A stretch of 64,000 nt of DNA, taken from Clostridium sp. CAG:1000 (GTDB lineage Bacteria > Bacillota_I > Bacilli_A > RF39 > UBA660). Position numbers and translations under genes: made by a program. This document shows positions 9,881 to 18,301 of this stretch, in pieces (position 1 is the first letter of the stretch; every line of letters begins with the position of its first letter). The stretch lies in contig HG000336.1 of the NCBI GenBank assembly GCA_000436975.1, positions 26,519 to 90,518 on the forward strand, read 5' to 3'. The notes beneath the pieces were generated by a model that saw only the letters and a list, made by a program, of their open reading frames with translations, made no database searches and had not been told where the DNA came from.

Positions 9881-10360
9881 TTATAATGTTTTCTTTTCAT
9901 ATAATACATGCTTATATTTCAAACCATTCTCTTCATTCTCAGAAAGTACTGTTTTAGTCCACACACTCTCATCAAACATAGGGAAATATACATCAGCATC
10001 AAACTCACCATCAACAAGTGTTAAATACATTTTAGTAGCATAATCTATAAACTCACTATATATTTTTGCACCACCAATTATAAATAATTCTTCAGAAGTA
10101 TCTTTATAATGTGAAAGTAGACTTTCTATATTATTATATACATCTACTTCTTTTGGAAAGTTATTACTACTAGATATAACAACATGTTTCCTATTAGGGA
10201 GAAGTCTACCCAATGATTCAAATGTTTTTCTACCCATTATTATAGTATGATTAGTTGTTTTTTCTTTAAAGAACTTTAAATCCCCTTTCAATGACCAAAG
10301 TAGTTTATTATCACGGCCTAATTCTCTATTTTTTCCTATAGCTGCTATTATTGTATACAT
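9881..10360 (-). CDS. folA: dihydrofolate reductase
   Basis: IAAIGKNRELG...LPW... and GRKTFESLGRLLPNRKHVVIS motifs. Confidence 0.9.
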   Translation of the reverse strand: MYTIIAAIGKNRELGRDNKLLWSLKGDLKFFKEKTTNHTIIMGRKTFESLGRLLPNRKHVVISSSNNFPKEVDVYNNIESLLSHYKDTSEELFIIGGAKIYSEFIDYATKMYLTLVDGEFDADVYFPMFDESVWTKTVLSENEENGLKYKHVLYEKKTL

Positions 10361-10367
10361 AATCCAC

Positions 10368-11270
10368 CTACTGTGCTATATCAAATTTGATCTTACCATG
10401 ATGTTCATAATTAACTACCTTAATGTCTTTAAGTTCACTACTATTATCAAAATCATAAAAATCTTTTACTTCTGGATTTAACCAAAGTTTTGGCGCAGGC
10501 AAGTCTTCAAGTTCTTCTCCTCTTCTTATTTGTTCTTTAATACCATCAACTTGATTTACATATATATGAGCATCTTTAATACTCCAATATAACTTACCAG
10601 GTTTAAGACCACATACATGAGCAAGCATATATAAAAGAACTGAATATTGAGTAACATTAAATGGAAGTCCTAAAGGTACATCACAACTTCTTTGATGAAC
10701 CCAAGCATTTAAATGCCCATCTGTAACATCCCATTCACTTGACCACACACATGATGGTAAAACTGCTGTATCTAAGTGTTCATTTTGCCATAAACTAATA
10801 AGCATACGTCTATCTGTTTTATTATGTTTAAGAGAATTAATAAGTTTATTCATTTGATCATATTCTCTTACTATCCATCCATAAGCAGTACCAATAGTGT
10901 GAGCCCACTGTTTACCAAAGTCTTTAACTATATCTTTTTTAACTAATTTATCATTTTCATCAGGTACCATTTGAGTTGCTCTCCACTTACCATCCTCATC
11001 TATTTCCCATTCATTCCAAATATTTACATTTCTCTCTTGAAGCCATCTTACGTCATTACTTTGTACTTGATATATCCAAAGCATCTCAAGAATAGCTTGT
11101 CTATAAAATAATTGCTTAGTTGTTAGAAATGGAAATTCACTTTCTAAATCAAACTCAAAACTATATGCTGGTATCTTAATAGTATTAATACCAGTTCTAT
11201 TCTCAACCTCTACTCCCTCATCTAATATTTTCTTACAAAGTTTTAAGTATTCTTTGTCCCATTTTGCCAT
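10368..11270 (-). CDS. thyA: thymidylate synthase
   Basis: Catalytic region HQRSCDVPLGLPFNVTQYSVLLYMLAHV. Confidence 0.95.
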   Translation of the reverse strand: MAKWDKEYLKLCKKILDEGVEVENRTGINTIKIPAYSFEFDLESEFPFLTTKQLFYRQAILEMLWIYQVQSNDVRWLQERNVNIWNEWEIDEDGKWRATQMVPDENDKLVKKDIVKDFGKQWAHTIGTAYGWIVREYDQMNKLINSLKHNKTDRRMLISLWQNEHLDTAVLPSCVWSSEWDVTDGHLNAWVHQRSCDVPLGLPFNVTQYSVLLYMLAHVCGLKPGKLYWSIKDAHIYVNQVDGIKEQIRRGEELEDLPAPKLWLNPEVKDFYDFDNSSELKDIKVVNYEHHGKIKFDIAQ

Positions 11271-11271
11271 C

Positions 11272-11841
11272 TTATACCTCCATACTATCTATTAATATTC
11301 TTTTTATATCAAGCCAATCTTTGGCTCTTATAATTCCTAATTTTTTAAGTTCTTCATCACTAATACTTTTATTATGATAGGCAGTATATAATATCTTAAT
11401 ATCTCCACCAGTTAAATTTTCAATTTTATCATCTATAAATATATCACACTTTAATATACTTTTATTACCCACAAATACAAAATTCATAGGATTTAAAAAC
11501 GGAAAATTTTTCATTAAAAAATCGTATTTATTCTTAACAAATATACCACTATCACTAACTATCTCTTTAAAGATAAAAGATGTCCCAATAAACACTTCAT
11601 ATTTTTCATTAAGTTCTTTTATTACTGAAACTGCATTATCATTAATATGTCCATAATCATATTCATTTTTAGTTAGAAAAAATTTAAAAAAATCATCCTT
11701 ATCTTTAATAATATCTTGTTTATAAAACCCTTCAAAATCTTCATCCTTATAATTAGTTCCTAAATATTCATTTATTATCTCTGTTAATGTCCCACTTGTA
11801 ATAGTGTCATCCATATCAATAACAATAGTCTTTTTTCTCAT
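11272..11841 (-). CDS. HAD-superfamily 5'(3')-deoxyribonucleotidase-like protein (NT5C family)
   Basis: HAD motif I IVIDMDDTIT at the N-terminus. Size of ~190 aa. Translationally coupled between tmk and thyA. Confidence 0.55.
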   Translation of the reverse strand: MRKKTIVIDMDDTITSGTLTEIINEYLGTNYKDEDFEGFYKQDIIKDKDDFFKFFLTKNEYDYGHINDNAVSVIKELNEKYEVFIGTSFIFKEIVSDSGIFVKNKYDFLMKNFPFLNPMNFVFVGNKSILKCDIFIDDKIENLTGGDIKILYTAYHNKSISDEELKKLGIIRAKDWLDIKRILIDSMEV

Positions 11842-12575
11842 TAAAACCTCGTCATTTTAATTTTATTAGTTTTAATATTTTTTAACTCACTATCAAGAAC
11901 ATTCTCTATTTCAGAGCTAATACTTTCTATACTACGAATATCATCAACACTATTATATTTTTTAGTTTTCAAACAATTAATATATTTCCAATTATATTTT
12001 TTAGCAATATAAAGATATGTTTTTTCTGCATTCTTTAAATGCTCAACATTATTTTCATTCCCATCGCCAAACTCTCTATTTTTTCTAAGTTCTCTAGATG
12101 CTTCATAAGGCATATGTAAGAAAAACACTAAATCTGGCCTAGGTAATTCACATAAATCAAATTCTAGTTTTTCAATAAAATCAAGAATCTTATCAATCTC
12201 TTTTTTATTTTTACCCTTTCCTGCTTGATGTCCCATATTAGATGTAGTATATCTATCTAATATTACAATATCATTTTTATTAATTTCACTTTCAATCTCA
12301 TTTAAAAAGTTATATCTCCTGTCAGCTGCATAATATAAACTACTAACAAGCGGATCCACATTCGCAGCTGTCTCTTCAAACACAGACTTTCCCATCTCTG
12401 GTTTACCTAAGTATGAGGCACCTACTATCTTACCAGTAGCTGATTTATATACAGGAAAAGAATACCTTTTAACTTTAAGTCCTTTATTAACTAAATACTT
12501 TTCAATATTTTTACTTTGTGTTTCTTTACCAGAACCATCTGTTCCCTCAATAACTATTATTTTTGCTCTTTTCAT
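11841..12575 (-). CDS. tmk: thymidylate kinase family protein
   Basis: P-loop IVIEGTDGSGKETQ and a DRY motif (ILDRYTTSNMGHQAG). The stop overlaps the downstream start (ATGA). Confidence 0.65.
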   Translation of the reverse strand: MKRAKIIVIEGTDGSGKETQSKNIEKYLVNKGLKVKRYSFPVYKSATGKIVGASYLGKPEMGKSVFEETAANVDPLVSSLYYAADRRYNFLNEIESEINKNDIVILDRYTTSNMGHQAGKGKNKKEIDKILDFIEKLEFDLCELPRPDLVFFLHMPYEASRELRKNREFGDGNENNVEHLKNAEKTYLYIAKKYNWKYINCLKTKKYNSVDDIRSIESISSEIENVLDSELKNIKTNKIKMTRF

Positions 12576-12907
12576 AATCCCACCCTACTATCTTAATACT
12601 AACTTAATTTTACCATAAGATTATTATTTTTGAACATTAATTTTATTTTAATGTAAATTAAAAAAGCAAATCCAATAGGAAATGCTTGATTAATCTTTAT
12701 TTAACACTATTAGTTGTAAATTTAATTTTCTGGGTAGTTTTTTACAGATAATCTAAAATATAAATTATTATTCATTCCATTCAATTCGTTTAGTTCTAAC
12801 TTCCATTTAGAACACGCTCATTATTATCTTCTCAATCTTTTTGATTAATCGGTTAAACATTTTTTTATATTTTTTACAAATCTTTCAACTATCTATCTTT
12901 CAATTTA

Positions 12908-13444
12908 TTACCCAATTCGAAAAGCTGGAGAAACACCGGATGAATAATCAGCATTAGCGTCACTCATGGCACCATTATCCCACGAATAGTAGAAAACGAA
13001 ATCAAAATCAGAACTAGCACTACGTAGCCACCATTCTGCAGCAGTTCCTGTACTATCCTTTTTTATTGCAGCAGCATAACTACTTGTAGTAACTCCTTTA
13101 CTATTATAATAATCTAACTGTCTTGTTTTATCTCTTGCCGCATCAGCATGATCCCCATCTTTCCATACTTCTGCAGTTGCTAACAAGTATAACTTATCTA
13201 TTGATATATGATTTTCTGAATCAAGCTCTCCATGCCCTGATATTGTTTTAGTAGTGATGATTATACTTTTTAATTCATTTGGTAGTGAATTATAAATATC
13301 ATTATTTATAAATGTTTTCATTTGACTTTTTGGCCATCCACCTTCATTAGTTACTGTTGGATTTATATTATGTGTAGTTATTATATCAGTAAACTCTACT
13401 ACAAATCCACATTTATTTTTATTTAAATTTATGTTATAATTCAT
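12908..13444 (-). pseudogene. 5'-truncated copy of a DUF6273-like secreted-domain family (WWLRSA...SPAFRIG C-terminus); N-terminal domain missing, abuts tRNA-Lys
   Basis: About 80% nt identity to 25626..26165 over the shared part. Homology to the full-length paralog stops ~30 nt before the tRNA. Confidence 0.55.
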
Positions 13445-13453
13445 ATGTTATGT

Positions 13454-13529
13454 GGACCACTAGCTCAGTTGGTAGAGCAACTGACTCTTAATCAGTGGGT
13501 CTAGGGTTCGAGTCCCTAGTGGTCCACCA
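13454..13529 (+). tRNA. tRNA-Lys (anticodon CUU), with encoded CCA
   Basis: Cloverleaf folded by hand. Acceptor GGACCAC/GTGGTCC, D-arm GCTC/GAGC, anticodon stem ACTGA/TCAGT with loop CTCTTAA, T-arm TAGGG-TTCGAGT-CCCTA, discriminator A, then CCA. Confidence 0.85.
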
Positions 13530-13540
13530 ATATGATAATG

Positions 13541-13564
13541 ACTCGCAATTGCGAGTTTTATTTT
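13541..13564 (+). terminator. intrinsic terminator after tRNA-Lys
   Basis: ACTCGC-AATT-GCGAGT followed by TTTTATTTT. Confidence 0.7.
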
Positions 13565-13583
13565 ATAAAAAGGAAGTGTATTT

Positions 13584-14192
13584 ATGGAAAAAAGAAATAT
13601 TATAATCACCTATATTTTATTACTATTTATAATAGCAATATTACTTATAATGGTATTTTATTACAAAGGAAAAGCAAGTAAAACATGTCCTAAATGTGAA
13701 GTTAATAATGCAACTACTATAAATAATAATCAAAATAACAATATAAAAAAAGAAGATAATAAAGAAGATATTATAAGTACAGGTAAAACTCTATGGAATA
13801 ATACTTATAATTTATATTGGAATTTTATGAAAAATATGAAAATTACTGAAATAAGCCTTGGTAAAAATAAAATAAATAATATGAAAGACTTTAATTTTTC
13901 AAGTCTTACAAGTAATGCTTTAAATGAAATGTATAGCTCCTTAGGAGTTAAAAATGATAATGGAACTTATTATATAGAATCAATAAGAACTAATGGAGAT
14001 ATTACTTATATGATAAGTGAAATAACATTAAAAGAAAATAAAAATAATAAAATAATATACAACGTTGAATCAAAATATTGCGCTAGTGGTGATAAAAGTA
14101 ACTGTAAAGATATTGCTAGTGTAAACAATGACTTTATATTAATAAAAGAAAACAATAACTATAAAGTTGATTCATTTATATTACCAGACTAA
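13584..14192 (+). CDS. hypothetical signal-anchored secreted protein (Asn-rich, Cys-containing)
   Basis: N-terminal TM ITYILLLFIIAILLIMVFYY. RBS AAAGGAAG upstream. Confidence 0.5.
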   Translation: MEKRNIIITYILLLFIIAILLIMVFYYKGKASKTCPKCEVNNATTINNNQNNNIKKEDNKEDIISTGKTLWNNTYNLYWNFMKNMKITEISLGKNKINNMKDFNFSSLTSNALNEMYSSLGVKNDNGTYYIESIRTNGDITYMISEITLKENKNNKIIYNVESKYCASGDKSNCKDIASVNNDFILIKENNNYKVDSFILPD

Positions 14193-14194
14193 AA

Positions 14195-14218
14195 AAGAAG
14201 CTTAAAAGCTTCTTTTTA
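14195..14218. terminator. bidirectional intrinsic terminator
   Basis: AAAAAA-GAAGCTT-AA-AAGCTTC-TTTTT perfect palindrome with A/T runs on both sides. Confidence 0.7.
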
Positions 14219-14326
14219 ACTGAATATCACAGAAAATGCTATTGTAAAGATATAACCAAACATTACAACAAGCATTACCCATGCAAATATTTTTTTCCAT
14301 ATGTTTTTAGTTTTCTTTTTTGCCAT
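14216..14326 (-). CDS. unannotated small ORF (36 aa) encoding a small membrane protein MAKKKTKNIWKKIFAWVMLVVMFGYIFTIAFSVIFS
   Basis: GAGGT RBS 6 nt upstream of the ATG. One clean TM helix. Ends inside the bidirectional terminator. Confidence 0.3.
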   Translation of the reverse strand: MAKKKTKNIWKKIFAWVMLVVMFGYIFTIAFSVIFS

Positions 14327-14391
14327 TTTTATACCTCAATAAAATTATAATATAAATAGAATAAAAAATAAAGTTTTTAATATAATTTAGT

Positions 14392-14979
14392 ATGAAAATT
14401 ATAAAAAAAAAATTGTTTAAATCATTATTAGTATCTTTTATTATAGGTATATTTATAGGAATAATTTGTTTTATATTATTATCATCAAAAGAAAAAATAT
14501 CGCTATCTAATAATCTCACTAACTATATTAATTTAATACATGATGGTAATTTTAAATACTTTCCATCACTTATTAAATCATTTATATCTAACTACAAATA
14601 TCTTGTATTAATATGGATATTTGGTATTATATTTTTTTGTTCTTTATTAATACCATTTATAATTATTTATAGGGGAATATTATTAGGTTTTACTATTTCT
14701 AGCATAATATATGTATTTCATATAAAAGGGCTTTTATATAGCTTAATAATGATGATTCCCAGCGCTATTATAAATGAATTTATTTTTATATTAATTAGTT
14801 ATTATAGTATAACATTTTCAACTAAATGCTTTAATGTAATAAAAAAAGATAAAACTATTAATTTAAGACAATTTATTAAAAATTATTTTTATATATTTTT
14901 GGTATTATCATCTTGCATATTACTTTCAAGCGTATATGAAATATATATAGGTTCAAATATTATTAAATTTGTAGTATAA
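14392..14979 (+). CDS. spoIIM: stage II sporulation protein M-like membrane protein
   Basis: ~195 aa, 5-6 TM, glycine-rich IIYRGILLGF segment typical of the SpoIIM family. Confidence 0.55.
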   Translation: MKIIKKKLFKSLLVSFIIGIFIGIICFILLSSKEKISLSNNLTNYINLIHDGNFKYFPSLIKSFISNYKYLVLIWIFGIIFFCSLLIPFIIIYRGILLGFTISSIIYVFHIKGLLYSLIMMIPSAIINEFIFILISYYSITFSTKCFNVIKKDKTINLRQFIKNYFYIFLVLSSCILLSSVYEIYIGSNIIKFVV

Positions 14980-15003
14980 TACTTACGAAAGGAAAGAAGT
15001 ATT

Positions 15004-16098
15004 ATGAGAGTAGTAGTAGGTATGAGTGGTGGAGTAGACTCAGCAGTATCAGCATATTTATTAAAAAAAGAAGGTTATGATGTTGTTGGTCTTTTTATGA
15101 AAAATTGGGACTCAAATATTAATAATGATAAAGAAGGTATAACAGATGGTGTGTGTCCTCAAGAACTTGATTTTAGAGATGCTAAAGCTGTATGTGATGA
15201 ATTATGTATACCATTATATAGAGTGGACTTTATAAAAGAATATTGGGATGATGTATTTAAATATTTTTTAAGTGAGCTTGAAAAAGGCAGAACGCCAAAC
15301 CCAGATATTATGTGTAATAAATATATAAAGTTCGATTTATTTAAAAAAGAAGCAAAGAAATTAGGTGCTGATAAAATAGCCACTGGTCATTATGCTCGTA
15401 TAGAAGGAAATAGACTTTTAAGAGGAGTAGATAATAATAAGGATCAAACATACTTCTTATCCCAAGTATCATCTGAGCAATTAAAAGATGTATTGTTTCC
15501 AGTAGGTGGACTTACTAAACCAGAAGTTAGAAAAATAGCAGAAGAAAATAATATACCAGTTGCAAAAAAGAAGGATTCTACTGGAATTTGTTTTATTGGT
15601 GAAAGACATTATCAAGAATTTATTGCCAATTATTTAAAAGGGAAAAAAGGGGATATTATTGATGTTGAAACAGGAAAGAAAGTTGGTACACACAAAGGTC
15701 TTATGAATTATACAATTGGTCAAAGAAGAAATGTAGGACTTTCAGGTGATGAAAAAAGACATTACGTTTGTGGTAAAGACTCTAAAAATAATATTCTTTA
15801 TATTGCATATGGAGATGATTCAAAATATTTATTATCTGATGAAGCTATTATAGAAGATATGAACTATATTTCTGATAAACACCCTGTATTTGCTACTGCT
15901 AAATTTAGATATAGAAGTGAAGATGTACCAGTAACAATAGAGTACTTAGAAAACAATCAAATAAGAGTTAAATATGATAATGTAAAAGCTGTTACTCCAG
16001 GACAAGCATGTGTTATTTATTTAGGTGAACAATGCTTAATGGGTGGAATTATAAAACAAGTATTTAAAGATGGAAAAGATATTTGGTATTTAAAATAG
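15004..16098 (+). CDS. mnmA: tRNA-specific 2-thiouridylase MnmA
   Basis: PP-loop VVVGMSGGVDSAVSA and full-length conservation. Confidence 0.95.
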   Translation: MRVVVGMSGGVDSAVSAYLLKKEGYDVVGLFMKNWDSNINNDKEGITDGVCPQELDFRDAKAVCDELCIPLYRVDFIKEYWDDVFKYFLSELEKGRTPNPDIMCNKYIKFDLFKKEAKKLGADKIATGHYARIEGNRLLRGVDNNKDQTYFLSQVSSEQLKDVLFPVGGLTKPEVRKIAEENNIPVAKKKDSTGICFIGERHYQEFIANYLKGKKGDIIDVETGKKVGTHKGLMNYTIGQRRNVGLSGDEKRHYVCGKDSKNNILYIAYGDDSKYLLSDEAIIEDMNYISDKHPVFATAKFRYRSEDVPVTIEYLENNQIRVKYDNVKAVTPGQACVIYLGEQCLMGGIIKQVFKDGKDIWYLK

Positions 16099-16122
16099 AA
16101 AATATTAATTTATTATAAGCAT

Positions 16123-16166
16123 AAGTTGTAACCCTATGATACTTTATCTAGACTACAACTTTTTTA
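16123..16166 (+). terminator. putative terminator after mnmA (long-loop hairpin + T-run)
   Basis: AAGTTGTA ... TACAACTT followed by TTTTTT. Confidence 0.4.
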
Positions 16167-16247
16167 ATTGTTTTTTAATGTTTATATATTGACAACCTAG
16201 TGTAAAGTGTTATACAATTAACATAGTGAGAATAGGAGAAATGATGT

Positions 16248-17015
16248 ATGAAAGAATTGAATGAACTATTAGGTCAAATTGGTATATCTAAAGTTAAACT
16301 AGCTAAATATTTAGGTGTATCTAGACAAATGATATATAATTATTTAGAACTTGATTCTTTGAGTAAATGGCCTCAAGAGAAAAGATTGTTATTATTAAAA
16401 CTACTTGATATAGAGAATGGTAGTGATAAAGAAATAAAAAAAATCAAAGTAAATAGTGAATACTTAGAAAGTGTAGAGGCAAGACTAAATCAAACAGTTA
16501 AAGATTTAAATAGCCAAAACTTTAATTATAAAAATCTAACTAAAGATGAACAAGAATTATTAAATGATATGATATTCTTAATAAGAGAAAAGTTTACTGA
16601 AGAAAAAACGAAAGATACATATTTTACATTCTTATATTTGTATCATATATTACAATCAATTGATAATGTTCCAGAGATTAAATATTTATTTGCATACTTA
16701 TCTAAAAAGACTGGATTTACTAATCCAATGGAATTTAAATTTGATGAGACTAGACAATTTATTTTAGAAAGTATTATATTTACTGCATTTAACTTATATA
16801 ATAATGGTGGTGCTTCTAAATCAAAATTAGTTGAATCTCATAATAGATTTGTACAAGAAATTGAAAATGACAAAGAAGAAAAATTGAGTCGTACTCAACA
16901 ATTAAATACAGTTAAATTTCAAGCATTAAAAGAATTAGGTTATACTGAAATAACTAGAGATAATGCTTCTGAAGTATTAAATAGAATGGCTGAAATTGAG
17001 TCTAGAAAAGTTTAA
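16248..17015 (+). CDS. XRE-family HTH transcriptional regulator with ~190 aa C-terminal domain
   Basis: N-terminal LGQIGISKVKLAKYLGVSRQMIYNYLE helix-turn-helix. Confidence 0.55.
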   Translation: MKELNELLGQIGISKVKLAKYLGVSRQMIYNYLELDSLSKWPQEKRLLLLKLLDIENGSDKEIKKIKVNSEYLESVEARLNQTVKDLNSQNFNYKNLTKDEQELLNDMIFLIREKFTEEKTKDTYFTFLYLYHILQSIDNVPEIKYLFAYLSKKTGFTNPMEFKFDETRQFILESIIFTAFNLYNNGGASKSKLVESHNRFVQEIENDKEEKLSRTQQLNTVKFQALKELGYTEITRDNASEVLNRMAEIESRKV

Positions 17016-17323
17016 TTTAAGTAAATTTTATAACTGCCAATAACATATATTATGTTAACTTGTGTATAAAATTAATATTAAAATATCAATAAATGGACAT
17101 TAATATATGACCGTTTTTGATTGCTTTTATTATATAAAATACTCTATCAATTATAAAACTAAATATAATTAAATAAATATGATTTTTTAAAAAATTGATT
17201 TTATAAAGAATACTTATTAACGTTATAACTGTATTTGTATACAACGTATAATATTTATGAATCATTCTCAGCACTTTTTTATTTATTAGATGAATAACTA
17301 TTCATCTCGATTTCTCATATTTA

Positions 17324-18061
17324 CTATATTATTTTCATAGATATTATAAATAACACTGTTGCTAAGAAAAAGCCTATAATCATATGTTTATTATCTCTAT
17401 AATTTTTAACTTCCCTTAAAATATCATTTAATGAAAGACTTATCATTAAACCAGCAACAAATATTAATACAAATGCAAGGAAAATATCATTGATAAAGTT
17501 CTTTAATAAAACATATGCAAGTAAAGCCCCTACTGGCTCAGATAATCCGGAAAGTAGGGTATATAAACATGTTTTTTTCTTCCCCACTCCACTATAATAA
17601 AGTGGGATAGAGATAGCTATTCCTTCTGGAATATTATGCAACATTATAGCAAGACATAATTTTAAACCAAGATGAATATTTGTATATGCTCCCATAAATA
17701 CAGCAATACCTTCAGGAAAGTTATGAAACATTAATGAAATCATACTAAGTACCCCTATTTTATATAAGGATGAATTATTATTAGTTTTAATCCTATTATT
17801 TATTTTTTCTATACTTAAATATCCTAATAAAAATGTAAGTATGATTAACAGTAATCCATACCCCACTCCATAATTATTAATTAATTTCATAGAAGAATCA
17901 GGTAACAAATCAAATACTGATATTAATGTCATTATAGCAAGTGAAAATGATAAGGAAATAACAATTAAACGATTTATCTTTTTATATTTAAAAAATATTA
18001 ATATACTCCCAATAACAGTAGAAACTCCAGCAATTAAAGATAATAATAATGGTATTTTCAT
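17324..18061 (-). CDS. zupT: ZIP-family zinc transporter
   Basis: HNFPEGIAV and HNIPEGIAIS metal-binding motifs with 8 TM. Confidence 0.8.
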   Translation of the reverse strand: MKIPLLLSLIAGVSTVIGSILIFFKYKKINRLIVISLSFSLAIMTLISVFDLLPDSSMKLINNYGVGYGLLLIILTFLLGYLSIEKINNRIKTNNNSSLYKIGVLSMISLMFHNFPEGIAVFMGAYTNIHLGLKLCLAIMLHNIPEGIAISIPLYYSGVGKKKTCLYTLLSGLSEPVGALLAYVLLKNFINDIFLAFVLIFVAGLMISLSLNDILREVKNYRDNKHMIIGFFLATVLFIISMKII

Positions 18062-18164
18062 ATTATATTTTATTCATGATAATTATAAGTAGACCAATAA
18101 TTACCAATTTAAAAATACATTATATTGCCATATTAATACATAATAATATTAGGTGGTGATTATA

Positions 18165-18281
18165 ATGGCAAATGCAAGAAATAATGCTAGAAGCAATGCT
18201 AGAAAAAATTCATGCAAAGCAAAAAGTAATGCTAGAAGCAATTCTAGATCAAGAAGTACTTCAAATTCAAGAAGTCGTTAA
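18165..18281 (+). CDS. unannotated small ORF: 38 aa highly basic Arg/Asn/Ser-rich peptide MANARNNARSNARKNSCKAKSNARSNSRSRSTSNSRSR
   Basis: Strong RBS AGGTGGTGA with 6 nt spacing to the ATG. Internal NAR(S/K)N repeats. Confidence 0.4.
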   Translation: MANARNNARSNARKNSCKAKSNARSNSRSRSTSNSRSR

Positions 18282-18301
18282 TATATAAAAGATATTCACA
18301 A

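Noticed and set aside
12576-12907. 330-bp non-coding leader upstream of tmk, examined for a riboswitch/T-box or a second tRNA
   Set aside because: No T-box specifier or antiterminator pattern, no cloverleaf, no obvious conserved riboswitch motif. Left as an unexplained AT-rich spacer, mentioned only under the tRNA-island finding.
14307-14519. 70-aa minus-strand ORF overlapping the spoIIM start region
   Set aside because: Ile/Asn-rich junk translation antisense to the spoIIM 5' end. The shorter 36-aa ORF with a real RBS (14216..14326) is the more plausible gene here.
17086-17274. 62-aa minus-strand ORF in the intergenic region after the HTH regulator
   Set aside because: No RBS, extreme Ile/Tyr/Leu composition, and it lies in an AT-rich spacer. 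Likely non-coding.
18171-18260. Short direct repeats aatgctagaagcaat(gc/tc)taga
   Set aside because: These are the internal peptide repeats of the small basic ORF, not an independent repeat element.
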